DNA from: Octopus sinensis
Taxonomy: Eukaryota
Direction of reading: 5' to 3'
NCBI RefSeq assembly: GCF_006345805.1
Contig: NC_043011.1
Location: forward strand, 40,374,464-40,438,463
DNA: 64,000 bases
Shown piece after piece: positions 13,212 through 26,099 of this stretch (the first letter of the stretch is position 1; each line of letters opens with the position of its first letter). The notes under the pieces were generated by a model that ran no database searches, was not told where the DNA came from, and saw nothing but the letters and a program-made list of their open reading frames with translations. A program made the translations under genes and the position numbers.

Positions 13212-13325
13212 CAGGAAGCATCTGACCAAGGATATGAAATGTTCAGTAGGTCGTCAACACCCATAGCTAACAGTTGCATACTGTCCTTCTCTTCCAGATT
13301 GTGAAAGCTTACCATAACGTTTAAT
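13212..13325 (-). CDS. Internal coding exon of an unidentified spliced gene (LNVMVSFHNLEEKDSMQLLAMGVDDLLNISYPWSDAS-W)
   Basis: Acceptor ttcactgtattcAG and consensus donor TG|GTGAGT. 114 nt = 1 + 37 codons + 2, open. Its final TG plus the first G of the 4928 exon gives TGG. Unique sequence among repeats. Weak resemblance to the GDPD-family C-terminal motif (l.v.vw..n....l...GVD.i.tdyP). Confidence 0.6.
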
Positions 13326-13502
13326 CTGAATACAGTGAAATTTTAAGACTTCATTTTTTTAATGGGTATATATGGATTAAAAGCTCCACGTAGATTATCA
13401 TAATCCAGTCTGCTTTCTGTAAAGTTGTTAAGTAACTTCTATACTGAATAGTATTACTAGTGATAAGCTACAGTACAAGTGTAGAACTAAGGATCAACAC
13501 TA

Positions 13503-13828
13503 GTTACCTCCGCCCTAGTGAAGGTGGAGGTATTGTATTCAGTCATGTTTGTTTGTCTGTGGACAAAATATCTCAAGAACCACTGAATGGATTCGGATGA
13601 AACTTCAGGGATGTTTGGCCACGTGACTGGCACAACCTGATTAGATTTTGGAATCGATACAATACCGGACAAGGATTCTGGATTATTTTTCCTGTTGTTT
13701 CACTTAATTTTTGAGAGCAGCCATGTTCATTTTTAGTATTCTTGTTTGTGAGTGCAGTCGATTTTATTTCCATTATTCTCATTTAAAAATCATCTTGGCA
13801 GAGGTTTGCCCTCTCTGAGTGCTCTTGT
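13503..13828 (+). mobile_element. Helentron-associated (HINE/DINE-like) non-autonomous element
   Basis: Subterminal inverted repeat acctccgcc / ggcagaggt, (GTTT)GTCT run near the 5' end, short 3' hairpin-like gccctctctgagtgc. Confidence 0.55.
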
Positions 13829-13835
13829 GTATATC

Positions 13836-14092
13836 ATGGTTCCTTTGTGCATTTCACGATTGTGGTTGTTTGGAACCCTGCTATGGATGTTCCGAGTGCA
13901 TTTAGATGCTCAACCACAATGAATCATCAGGAGACACTTTATTGCAGTAAGTTACAGGGACAGTGTTATCTGTAAGTTACTACAATAAAGAGTTCCCTGA
14001 TGATCCATTGTGGATGAACGTCTAAATGTACTTGGAACATCTGTTGCAGGGATCCAAACAACTATAACGGTCAAACATATATAGGAACCATA
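13836..14092. repeat. Long imperfect palindrome (~123-bp arms, ~10-bp spacer) containing a hammerhead-like core
   Basis: 13836-13958 is the reverse complement of 13969-14092. CTGATGA-TCCA-ttg-TGGA-T-GAAC-GTC at 13997-14022. Confidence 0.85.
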
Positions 14093-14184
14093 ACATAATC
14101 TTGTGCTTATCCTTATTTTTCAAATATGTATGTATGTATGTATGTGTGTATGTATTTATGTATGTATGTATTTATATATGTATG

Positions 14185-14215
<31 letters not shown>

Positions 14216-14399
14216 TTATGTATGTATGTATGTATTTATGTATGTATGTATATATGTATTTATGTATGTATATGCATGCAATTTGGAAAATGATACTTAG
14301 TTTGTAGCTAGTGTATTGAAAGGAAAGTTAGGTGAAATGCACAAAGGCACTCAGACAAGAGCATTCAGAGAGCACAAACCTCTGCCAAGGCAATACCAA

Positions 14400-14660
14400 T
14401 GTCCTCTCAACGATTAGCCAAATTTAGGAAATGGATGTAACGTGCTAGAGAGAAGATTGCACTGGTTCAGTCACATGATGTGTATGCACGAGGACAGTTG
14501 CATAAATAAAGTGGATGAAACTTGTGGAAGAGAGAGATCCAAGGAGACATGGGTCAAAGTATTGAGGGCTGGTCTCAAGATGCTGAGCTTTAAGGAGGAG
14601 AGGACAAAGGATCGAGATATCTGGTGCCTTGCTGTGCTTGAGAAAACTTGCCCACCACAA
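14400..14660 (+). mobile_element. Decayed RTE-type LINE C-terminal fragment
   Basis: RRLHWFSHMMCM...GRERSKETW matches the RTE-clade pattern RRL.W.GHV.RM...RGRP...W. Confidence 0.65.
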
Positions 14661-14891
14661 CAGAATTCATATCCTAAAATCACTTCAGTAAATGCTTGTA
14701 CATGTAAAGCTCTGCCCCACCTCCATTCTCATTGCCCTATCGAGCTTTCCCAATGTCTCATTCCCTACCTTTATCACTTCTTTATCTGATATTATTCCAC
14801 TACTATAACCACCTGAGAGCAGAATAGGTGCATACTATGCTCATATACTCCTTTCGTTAATGTCCCCTTTCCTCCCCTCTTCAGAATCACA

Positions 14892-15332
14892 AGGCAGCGA
14901 CCTGGCAGAAACAGCACGCCAGAGGAAATGCTTAGCGGTATTTCGTCTGTCTTTATGTTCTGAGTTCAAATTCCGCCAAGGTCAACTTTGCCTTTCATCC
15001 TTTCAAGGTTGAGAAATTAAGTGCCAGTTGTATACTGGGGTCGATCTTATCGACTGGCTCCCTCCCCCAAAATGTCAGGCCTTGTGTCTAGAGTAGAAAA
15101 GAATATTTATTTTTTGTGAGGTGGTGATCAGGAAGAAATGTTAGCATGCTGGGTGAAATGCTTAGCAGTATTTCGTCTGTCTTTACGTTCTGAGTTCAAA
15201 TTCCACCAAAGTTGACTTTGCTTTTCATCCTTTCGGGGTCAATAAATTAACTACCAGCTGTGTACTGGGGTCGATCTAATCGACTGGCCCCCTCCACAAA
15301 AAATTTCAGGCCTTGTGCCTAGAGCAGAATAG
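14892..15332 (+). mobile_element. Two tandem family B SINEs
   Basis: ggcagcgacctggcagaa...gagttcaaattcc...ctttgcctttcatcctttc...aagtaccag, present twice. Confidence 0.85.
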
Positions 15333-16569
15333 ATTATTTTTCTTCATCCATGTTCTCTCCTTTGCTAGACTCCATCCTTAGAACCACATCCATTCCTCCA
15401 GCCATGCTCTCTCCTCTTTGCTCCATCCTTACTCCCAATGCCGTCATGTATCTAACATAACCTTCATCTCCCGCTGAGCCAATCCTATATCTCCCACCTT
15501 CAATTTCTACAGCCACCTCTGACCTATCTAATTATCTCCTCTCACATTCTTATGAAATTTTCCTCAGTGTACCCACCCACAAGTCCATCCTCTCTATAAC
15601 TTCACCTATATCCTTTCCCACACTGTGCCTTAAGAGTACACTCTCCATCTCTATCTTTCTCTCTTAGTCTACTTCTCCCTTTTTTTCCAACTGGGATATC
15701 CTTGTATCTCTTCTACAGTAAAGCACCTATCTCTATCCCCCTATTATTCTTTTAACCCTTCACAAAGCCTTACCACTCAATACTACTCCCACCAGTTGAG
15801 GGAACTTTGCCTTTTCTTGCAAGTTACTTGGTGACCCCATTGGTGCTGGTGCACAAAGAAAAACACTCAGTACACTGGTCAAGTAACCCACCCTGCTCAA
15901 AAGGTCCCTGAATAAGGGTTGTTTAAGGATGTTGAACGAAACACCCATGTTCCCAGAGGTGAATTATTCAAACCCCAAAGAATCTCTCTCAACACATGGC
16001 CATGGTGCTCCCCCACTACTTCTGCTCGTGATCAGAGATGCACATTTCGTCAGCCACCAAGGGACATGCTCAACTGGTTAAAGTGAAACAACTGACAAGC
16101 AAATCTGTGGCATTGAGCAGAATATTTGCTGTAGCCCATCTTTTATACGAAGACAAAACAATGTACATGATAACACTTCCAATCAGTTAAGATCAGAAGC
16201 CATGAGAGCCAGGGCATGGTACTGCATCAAGGACAGGCAAAATGCTTAGCAGCATTTCATCTGACCTTACGTTCTGAGGTCAACCTCTGTTGAAGTCCAC
16301 TTTACCTTTCTTACTTCCTTTCGGTGCTGATAAATTAAGTACCAGTGTAACATTGGGGCTGATGTAATCGACTAGTCTCCTCCCACAAAATTTTAGCTTT
16401 TGTGCCTTTAGTAGGAAGGATTATTTATTAATTTGGCTCCTTGCAACTTAATGTTTGATAGGCCCACCACACAAATTTAGCTTTTCAGGCTAGGTTTGTA
16501 TGACGAGCTTATGAAACTAAGTTGCGTGGAGCTGAATGAAATTCTTATTAATAAAAAATAATACATATA

Positions 16570-17071
16570 GGCACAGGAGTGGCTGTGGTAAGTAGCTTGC
16601 TTACCAGCCACATGGTTCCAGGTTCAGTCACACTGTGTGGCACCTTGGGCAAGTGTCTTCTACTATAGTCTCAGGCTGACCAAAGACTTGTGAGTGGATT
16701 TGGTAGATAGAAACTGAAAGAAGCCCGTCGTATATTATTATTATTATCATTATTGTTTTACGTATTTTCGTATTCTCATTCGTGTTATCATTATTATTTT
16801 TATATATTTTTGTATTCTTATTCGTTCCCGTCCTTGTTTTGTATACATTCGAGGCTTTCTTCCAAGGAATCTAATGCGCTTGGCTTAGATTTTCCTTTGG
16901 GGCTGGCCAGGTTGGAGCAATCTCAAAATTAATCAGCCGAAATTGCGAAGATGATCCGGTTTTTGACTGAAGATCAAAGGCTTCGAATGTCCCGTCCGTT
17001 TTTTTGTATCGTCTTCTAAATGTTTTGCGTTCTTGTCCCAGTTTGTGTTATTTTACATTTATCCTACACAC

Positions 17072-17126
<55 letters not shown>

Positions 17127-17305
17127 TGTATGTATGTGTGTCTGTGTTTGTCCCCTCATCATCGCTTGACAACTGATGTTGGTGTGTTTACGTCTCTGTG
17201 ACTTAGCGGATTGGTCTAAGGGACCAATAGAATAAGTATTTGGCTTACAAAGAATAAGTCCTGGGGTCGAATAGTTCGACTAAAGACGGTGCTGCAGCAA
17301 AAGAA
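16570..17305 (+). mobile_element. SINE family A interrupted at its microsatellite by a ~300-bp PLE-like insert (16745-17065)
   Basis: Family A head 16570-16732 and tail 17130-17305. The insert contains gaCTGAAGAtcaaaggcttcGAAtgtc. Confidence 0.7.
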
Positions 17306-17595
17306 TGTAATGCCTACCAAATGCTTTGAGTGTCACTTCCTTTCATTTGTCCACTCATTCATATTTTATATACATACATACGCACCATCATCATTTAACA
17401 TCCGTTGTCCATGCTGACATCAGTTGGATGGTTTGACCAGAGCTGGCAAGCTGGGCAGGCTGCATCAAACTCCAGTCTCATTTATTGGGTTTCTATGGCT
17501 GGATGCCCTTCCTAATGCCAACCACTTTACAGAGTGTGCCGGGTGCTTTTACATGGCACTGCTCAGGCTCTTTTACGTGGTGCTGCACAATAAAA

Positions 17596-17643
<48 letters not shown>

Positions 17644-17649
17644 TTAAGG

Positions 17650-18060
17650 TCTGTAGAAACTTGTCAGATGCACTGTGCTTGCTCTAGGATGCTGGAGAAA
17701 ATCAGTTGCCCAGTTTAAATCTACTGCAAGACCATACTTTGTGCCCTTAGCAGGATCCTATTTTCGTAAACATTCCAGGTCAGGTCTCCAGGAGCTGTGG
17801 ATTCCCCAACCAATCAAAGAAGAGTTGCAGAAAGAGATCATATTGTTCCAATGGTAAAGTCTGATCCACCACTTTTTGGTGAAAGCACTGTTGTGTCTCT
17901 CTGGACATTGGCAAAGCTTTTGGCCACATCTGGTACGCAACAATGGATTTCACTTCAGAATGAATCAACTGGACACAGTTGAGTTGTTGGATGTTGATTT
18001 CACACAGCTGACTGGACACTTACTTGACCTGCTTTGTGGCAGTAGCTTATGCCATTGGAT
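17650..18060 (+). mobile_element. Decayed LINE reverse-transcriptase fragment (Jockey/CR1/L2-type)
   Basis: Frameshifted FGESTVVSL / SLDIGKAFGHIWY matches the RT motif LD.SKAFD.V.H. Confidence 0.6.
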
Positions 18061-19126
18061 ACAAACACACTCACACACACACGCACGCACACACACACAC
18101 ACACGCACACACACAAACACACATGCGCACACACACACACAAACACACACACAGAAATACACACCCACACACACAAACACTCACACACAAACACACACAT
18201 ACACATACACTCACACACAAACAAACACTCACACACAAACACATGCACACACTCACAAACATATACACATACAAATACAAAGAGTGAATGAGAAAAAGAG
18301 AGCAAGCTGTTCCGTTGATCGTATCAGCTGGGACCCTCGTCGTCGTAACCGGCGGAGTCTTTTTAATTTCATGTCAACTTTGAAGAATTCTTGATTCTCA
18401 AGCTTATCATTTCTCCTGTTCCGATGGAGCTGTTCTAAATTGCCATTCGTTTATTGCGACACATCTTCTGGAAAAAAATTTCTGTTGCACAGTATTTGTT
18501 ATACGCATATGCATGTATATTTTCAAAGTATAGATGGTGAGGTTAAGTGGTTGTCACAATACATCAATAGTTTGTATCTGGTGACATGTTAAACAGTACA
18601 CTTAGAAGGATGTACAATAAGGAGGTGTCAAATTTCAGTATTAAACAATAGTAGCATTATAGAATTCGGTAAGTGTTTAGCTGGCTTATTCAACTATGGT
18701 TAGTTCTTTTGACAGACTCTGCGTTTACATGGATAGAGTGAAATTTACAAAGAAGACTGCAACTTACAAATATAGTAATTTCACAGCTAGATATAACAGC
18801 TGAATTTCCCATGGGTCACTGTTTACTGTCATAAAAATATATATCTTTGTGTACACAATACAAGACAAAATGGAGTGCTTGTAAAAGAAACAGTTTTGAT
18901 AATAGGTTTGATAAATGATTAAACAACATAATAGACCTGTTATTACTTTAATGAAAAACCAAAGAAAATAGGAGTGGCTGTGTGGTAAGTAACTTGCTTA
19001 CCAACCAGATGGTTCCAGGTTCAGTCCCACTGCGTGGCACCTTGGGCAAGTGTCTTCTACTATAGCCTCGAGCTGACCAAAGCCTTGTGAGTGGATTTGG
19101 TAGATGGAAACTGAAAGAAGCCCGTC

Positions 19127-19165
<39 letters not shown>

Positions 19166-19553
19166 TTGAAAAAAACATTGTAAATTTCTTTTTTCCCCTT
19201 TATCAATTTAAAAAAAATTTCTTTTCCTCTTCCAAATCTTGAAAATTTGCCTTGCGATAAAAACTGGTTTGATTTATTATTTTTTCTTTTTTAATTTTCC
19301 ATACACCCATTTTTATTATAATTTACTTTCAATTTAGCATTCTACTTTATTATAATTTTTCCTCTTCTATCATTTCTCCATGTGCGGTCAACACAACCCC
19401 ACCATTTACTGATTTATATATATATATATATAAATATATGAATGTACATATATATATATATATAGTTTAAATTTACAGAAAATAAAAGAACTAAGACAGG
19501 TAAGGGAACAACAAGCAGGTGTATTAGATTCAAGCTTGGGAAGAATGGAAAAG

Positions 19554-19592
19554 TTTTTGATGTTTCGGAACTATGCTCTTTGACAGAAAGAG
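19554..19592 (-). ncRNA. Decayed minimal hammerhead-like motif, same family as 46479-46516
   Basis: Minus strand ctcttt-CTGTCAA-agagc-atag-ttcc-GAAA-catc-aaaaac, inside a ~200-bp element flanked by (TA)n. Confidence 0.35.
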
Positions 19593-21283
19593 ATGAGAGG
19601 GAAAAAACAGGAGAGAGAGAGAAAATGCATAAGGATTAACACTTCAATATGAGGTATGTGTGCGTGTGTGAGTATACACACACACACACATATATAATAT
19701 ATATATATGCAATATTTCCAAAATTACCTGTCATTTGACAGGTAGCACTATTTTAACTTTGTATATGATCTTCTAGGGCTGTAAGTTGAGAGATTTTTAA
19801 GCATCACTATGGGAGTTTCTGTAGGGTAGTGAGCTGGCAGAAACGTTAGCACATTGGGCGAAATGCTAAGCAGTATTTTGTCTGTGTTTATGTCCTGAGT
19901 TCAAATTCCACCAAGGTTGACTTTGCCTTTCATTCTTTTGGGATCGATAAATTAAGTACCAGTTGCATACTAGAGCCGATCTAACCAACTGGCCTCCTCC
20001 CCCAAAATTTTAGGCTTTGTGCCTCGAGTAGAAATAAATATGTGAGTTTTTGTGTATACTTCTAATAAACATTGCAATTAACACATGCTTTATTTTGAAT
20101 GAAAACAGAAAATGAGGTTCTTTTCATAGCATCGAGATTTTCTCTTAACTTTTAAAAAATTCGTTTTAAAATAATTCTAGACAGTTGGAATTTGGCCTTT
20201 TGTGCCTCTTAAGCCCATGTTTATCTTTGCCATCTCTTCTCAGTTTTTCACACTCAGTGAAATAGGTTTTCTATTACATCCTTCCTATGAAGTTTTTTTT
20301 TTTTCCCAGTTTTAATCATGTCAGACAGACACACCCACCCATCCACACATGCACGTGCATACACACACACACACATACAAAAACACACACATTCACACAC
20401 ACAAACACATGCATACATACACCCACACACGTAAATACACCTCCCCCCACACACCACTTACCACACACACCACTTACCACACACACCACTTACCACACAC
20501 ACCACTTACCACACACACTCACACACACACACACACACACATACACACAAACACATGCATACATACACCCACACACGTACATACACCTCCCCCCACACAC
20601 CACTTACCACACACACTCACACACACACACACACACACATACACACAAACACATACATAAACTCAAGCACACACACATACACCTCATCCCCCCACACATA
20701 GTCTTCTATTCATATCTGGTCACTAGCTGTCAATCCTCATCCACTTAACTTTATCTGATATATTTATAAACACACAACACTGTCATTTACACACATAACG
20801 CATAACTTTATAAGTCAGCCATTATGTTTATCATGTTTGAACATTCAGTCTAATTTATTTTATTGAAGAGGCAGAGACAATAAGAGTTTAGAATATTAAC
20901 CTGCTAAATATTGCAGTCAATTTTCCCGTAAATCTATGTATAATGTTTTAGGAATATAAATCTTAATCTACACGATACTGAAAAAATGAAATGGTCATCG
21001 ATGGAATGTTTTTAATCACAGCTTTGATCATCTACAATTGTATTGTTAATAGAAGAGTTCTTTCTCTCTCTCTCTCTCACACACACACACAATATATATA
21101 TATGTATATATCATCATCATCATCATCATCGTTTAACGTCTGTTTTCCATGCTAGCATGGGTTGGACGGTTCAACTGGGGTCTGGGAAGCCAGGAGGCTG
21201 CGCCAGGCCCAGTCTGATCTGGCAGTGTTTCTACAGCTGGATGCCCTTCCTAACGCCAACCACTATCTATCTATCTATCAACT

Positions 21284-21382
<99 letters not shown>

Positions 21383-21957
21383 GCATCTTGGGCAAGTGTC
21401 TTCTGCTATAGCCCCGGGCCGACCAATGCCTTGTGAGTGGATTTGGTAGACGGAAACTGAAAGAAGCCTGTCGTATATATATATATATATATATAAATGT
21501 ATGTGTGTGTGTGTGTTTGTGTGTCTGTGTTTGTCCCCTAGCATTGCTTGACAACCGATGCTGGTATGTGTTTACGTCCCCGTCACATAGCGGTTCGGCA
21601 AAAGAGACCGATATAATAAGTACTTGGCTTACAAAAAATAAGTCTCGGGGTCGATTTGCTCGACTAAAGGCGGTGCTCCAGCATGGCCGCAGTCAAATGA
21701 CTGAAACAAGTAAAAGAGTAAAAGAGTAAAAGAGTATATATATATACGAAAGTAAGTATATGAATATGACATAAGGCGGAGAAAAACAGAGCTCGAATAT
21801 CGGTGGTAGAATAATACGCCTTATTATTAAAGCTGTAAAAACCGCACACAAAGTCACAAAAACTGCTGCTCGTAGTTTCATGTTCCCGTCTCATGGACGA
21901 GAATTTGAAAATTGATGTTTGTGATGTTTTCGCAGCTTTAAAAATAAAATATATACA

Positions 21958-22358
21958 GGCGTAGGAGTAGCTGTATGGTAAGTAGCCTGCTTACCAACCA
22001 CATGGTTCTGGGTTCAGTCTCACTGTGTGTGTGGCAACTTGGGCAAGTGTTTTCTACTATAAGCCTCGGGTTGACCAAAGCCTTGTGAGTGGATTTGGTA
22101 GACGGAAACTGAAAGAAGCCCGTCGAATATATGTATGTGTGTGTATATGTTTGTGTGTCTGTGTTTGTCCCCCCCCCCCCCAACATTGCTTCACAACCGA
22201 CGCTGGTGTGTTTACGCCCGCGTAACTTAGCGGTTCGGCATAATGGACTAGAGAATAAGTACTAGGCTTACAAAGAATAAGTCCTGGGGCCGATTTGCCC
22301 GACTAAAGGTGGTGCTCTAGTATGGCCGCAGTCATATGGCTAAAACAAGTAAAAGAGT
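21958..22358 (+). mobile_element. SINE family A, full length
   Basis: Complete head, body and tail. Confidence 0.9.
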
Positions 22359-23061
22359 ATTTATGGCGAGAACTGGATATTATTAATAAAATCCTAGATT
22401 TGTATGTTGTCTGTTACATTATGCAAGGGAAGCTATGCAAATTGTCATTTTAGAGTTATCTCCCGTGGTGAAAGGGAGATAAGTAAAGCCTTACATTCCA
22501 TTCAAGAAGTCTGTGGGCCGGTCTTAAACTCAGTAAAACTTGATATGAACCAAACGATTTAATTTCAATGTTCACTATCATTTATTTTTCTTAAATATTC
22601 CTTCAATTAAAAATACTTCTGTCCAATGATTTTTTTTTTATTTCTACAAATATTTTGATTCACTCAATGAATTCGTTATTTATGGTTTAGTCGGAGATTA
22701 GCTGTGGTCGTACAAATTTATGACGCTAAACGTTCTAACTATTATTGTTCAGCGTTAGCTCCAAACATAGTGTTTTTTTTAGTTCTGACTATACTAATCA
22801 CTATGTCCACTCGTTTTCCTTAAGGCAAATAAGGGTGGAATTTGAAGCAGATTTGATTATTGTTTCTAACCGGTCGATCTTATCACGTAGCAGTTCCATT
22901 GCTTCAGCCGCAGTTTTATTTGTGTTCAAAAGAGAAATGAAATATGTACATGTTAGATCTAAAATTATTGTTATACACTTTAACCTACAAAAAAAGGGTA
23001 AATTTTTTTCGTAGGGTAAATCGTGCGGGTGAAAGTATCAAAATTTACCAAAGAAAGTATT

Positions 23062-23436
23062 TACTCTTTTACTTGTTTCAGTCATTTCACTGTGACCATG
23101 CTGGAGCACTGCCTTTAGTCGAGCAAATCGACACCAGGGCTTATTCTTTGTAAGCCTAGTACTTATTCTATCGGTCTCTTTTGCCGAACCGCTAAGTTAC
23201 GGGGACGTAAACACACCAGCATCGGTTGTCAAGCGATGTTGGGGGGACAAACACAGACACACAAACATATACACGATGGGTTTCTTTCAGTTTCCGTCTA
23301 CCAAATCCACTCACAAGGCTTTGGTCGGCCCGAGGCTATTGTAGAAGACACTTGCCCAAGGTGCCACGCAGTGGGACTGAACCCGGAAACATGTGGTTGA
23401 TAAGCAAGCTACTTACCACACAGCCACTCCTACGCC
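23062..23436 (-). mobile_element. SINE family A, full length, CpG-intact
   Basis: Close to the family consensus as seen across this window. Confidence 0.92.
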
Positions 23437-25012
23437 TGTGGTAATAAGATTTTATTTTTCTTTGTTTTGATGTGTATATTATATCGAGATCATTGCTCGC
23501 TTTCGACAGACATCACCATGCTTATACTGACGAGCCAGATAGTCTCCTTTATATCGCGTTCTAAATTATCTAGAAATAGCAGCCAGATTCCACTCTTACT
23601 CAGTCTGTCGCAGTTGAGCTGCAAGATGCAGGAGGAAAGAGTGAGAAAAAAGTTGTGGCGAAAGAGTCAGCAGAAGTTCGCCATTATCATCTGCCGGAGC
23701 CGCGTGGAGCTTAGGTGTTTCGCTCATAAACACACACATCGCCCGATCTCAGATTCGAATCCACGATCCCTCAACCACGAGCCGCTGCTCTAACCATGTG
23801 CTTCTACATAATGTAACATAGAATAATATAATATTTTAATTAAATGGTGTCGATGGACGTTATGCCTTCTATACGTGGCAATATATTGGTATTTTACTAT
23901 AGATTCAATTAAGCACGTTTCTCATAAATATATCGTTGAAATTCTTATAATAATTTATAAAACTAAATTCGAGATAAATCATAATTTGAGATAAACCATG
24001 AGAACCATGGTTTAGAGATTGGCTCCACATTCTTCCTTTGCTCTGTGCCATTCTGCTTGGTCTTTGATTAGTCCTCTGACAATCTCTATTGGATCTTTGA
24101 GGGAAGCTGAGTCTAGTTCCTCTTCTGTGTATAGTCGAAAGTTTGAGTTTCTGTGATTGATCTTTGTTTCGTGAAAATCCTTGACTTCTTTTAATGTTGG
24201 AGATATTTTTCAGGCCTTGGTCAGTATCAAGGATTTATTGGTTCCGAGCCATAATTCTTTTCCTACTTTTGCAGCCAGAATGTTCTTGAATCTAAAATCT
24301 TTTATTTCTTATTTTATTACTTATCTTATCTTATTTTATTACTTATCTGCTCGTGTCATTTTCTCCATAAGTCAACACCAATACTTCTTTTATTGATTTC
24401 TCCGCGTATGGCGGTCTCGCGTCTTTCATATTTCTTTTAGAAATTTGTTACTCTAAGGCGAAGCAGTATAATTTCAGCTTCAAATCATTAAAATGCTAAA
24501 ATAAGACGAGTTTTTTTTTGTGTTTTGGTTTCGTTCTGATATTACTTCTTCAATTCAAAATCTTTTCGAAAGAATTATTCTCTACACATCCATCTATCGT
24601 ATGTGTTGGATTGGTTTTTGTTCATGGCTTTCCAGAAAGCTTCCTTTCTTTTATTTAATAATGTTCTATGCAAGCGTGGCTGTATGGTAAGAAGTTTGTT
24701 TCCCAACCACTTGGTTCCTGGTTCAGTACCACTGCATGGAACCATGGGCAAATATCTTGTGCTATAGCTTCGGGCCGACCAAAACCTGAATGGATTTAAT
24801 AGACCGAAATCGAAAGAAACCCGCCTAAAATAAATGAATATATATATACACAAATATTTACATGCGCTCGTACATACACTCATACGCACACACACACACA
24901 CACACACATACATACATACACAGACACAGACATATATACATAAACATATATTCACACACATGCACACTCACTTGTGCATTGAAAAATCTAACCATATGAA
25001 TAGCTTAATGTG

Positions 25013-25049
<37 letters not shown>

Positions 25050-25058
<9 letters not shown>

Positions 25059-26099
25059 GTGAAATATGAAAAATCAACGAAAATGCACATTGCAAATAAA
25101 AAAAGACTATTTATGACAGGTAACGACAAATATATACATTTAGATTGACTGAGGTAGTAATACGAGTCATAAAAGTCATTATTATGAGATGATTATAAGA
25201 TGATAATAAAGAGAGAGAACAAAACGGACCATGGTTACGCAAAGCTATTCATCGTTTGAAAAACACCGGCTAATATACGGTGTCAGGTCTAATAGTTCAT
25301 GAGAAAAAAGATTATTTGTAAGGGAGGTAAGTAGTTCTGGATTATTTGTAAGGGATGTAAGTAGTTCTGGATTTAGGGATGTGAATGGTGTAGGAAGTGT
25401 ATAAGGGTTAGTGGTTTCAATTGAAGAGTTAGTGGTGTTGTGTATTGAGTTGTGTATTCATATTTAGTTGGGGGAGAAATTTATTGATTAAAAATGCCTC
25501 TTTATTCAACCTTTGTTGCATTGTGGTGTTCTGTGAGCATTGGTAAAAGGGAAATATTTGGAAATTGGGATTAAGATTCCTGGCACACCTTTCTATGTGT
25601 TCACTCACCTTTAACTGTCTGTATTGTGGGTGGCGGATTTTCTCTTTGTGAATGGTGATTCTTTGACGGAGCGAAATTCCTGTTTGTCCCATTAAGAGTT
25701 TACCACATCCTATGCATGTCATGACATAGATTACATTTGCTGAGGCGCAGGTGAAATTTGATTTGATCTTAAATATTTCTCCTTGTTTGAATTGGAATTC
25801 TGAACCCTCCAGAAGGTGGGGGCATGTTCCACAGTTAGAACGTCCAAATTTTGTCACTTTTGGCTCTGTTGTTAGTGGATACAGTCTAGCGCTGGTTAAT
25901 ATTTTTTTCAGTGACTTCGGTTGCTTTTTCTTTTTATAATTTTAAATGAGCTTAAGATTTCGTTCATTGTTTTGTCTGCTGTGAGGATGGGAAGGTTTTG
26001 GGTAATGATGTTGAAGGCTTCGTTGTTTCTGGGGGTTATGTGTGGAAATGTACGGGAGTATTTTTAAGACCCCAGAAACAACGAAGCCTTCAACATCAT
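25050..26099 (-). mobile_element. 5'-truncated Penelope-like retroelement: GIY-YIG endonuclease domain plus 3' terminal repeat
   Basis: ORF 25857-25429 NCGTCPH...FTCASANVIYVMTCIGCGKLLMGQTG..LRQRI..H...VSEH...E...I..F.P.LN is the PLE GIY-YIG pattern; it ends in (TA)n. Confidence 0.9.
25222..25257 (-). ncRNA. Degenerate minimal type-I hammerhead in the PLE terminal repeat
   Basis: AAACG-aUGAAuA-GC-uuu-GC-GuAA-CCAUGG-UC-CGUUU: all three helices are present, with three core substitutions. Confidence 0.55.

Noticed and set aside
13212-13325. Alternative frame with in-frame TGA (YGC*RPT), suggesting selenocysteine
   Set aside because: Another frame is fully open across all three exons, and I saw no convincing SECIS downstream.
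17675-17857. SOCS-box-like C-terminal exon (LQELWIPQPIKEEL)
   Set aside because: Adjacent frames give the LINE RT motif SLDIGKAFGHIW, so a decayed LINE explains the region better.
23990-24295. Minus-strand coding-like stretch (FKNILAAK...EECGANL)
   Set aside because: It has an in-frame stop and no recognisable motif; probably a retroelement fragment that I cannot classify.
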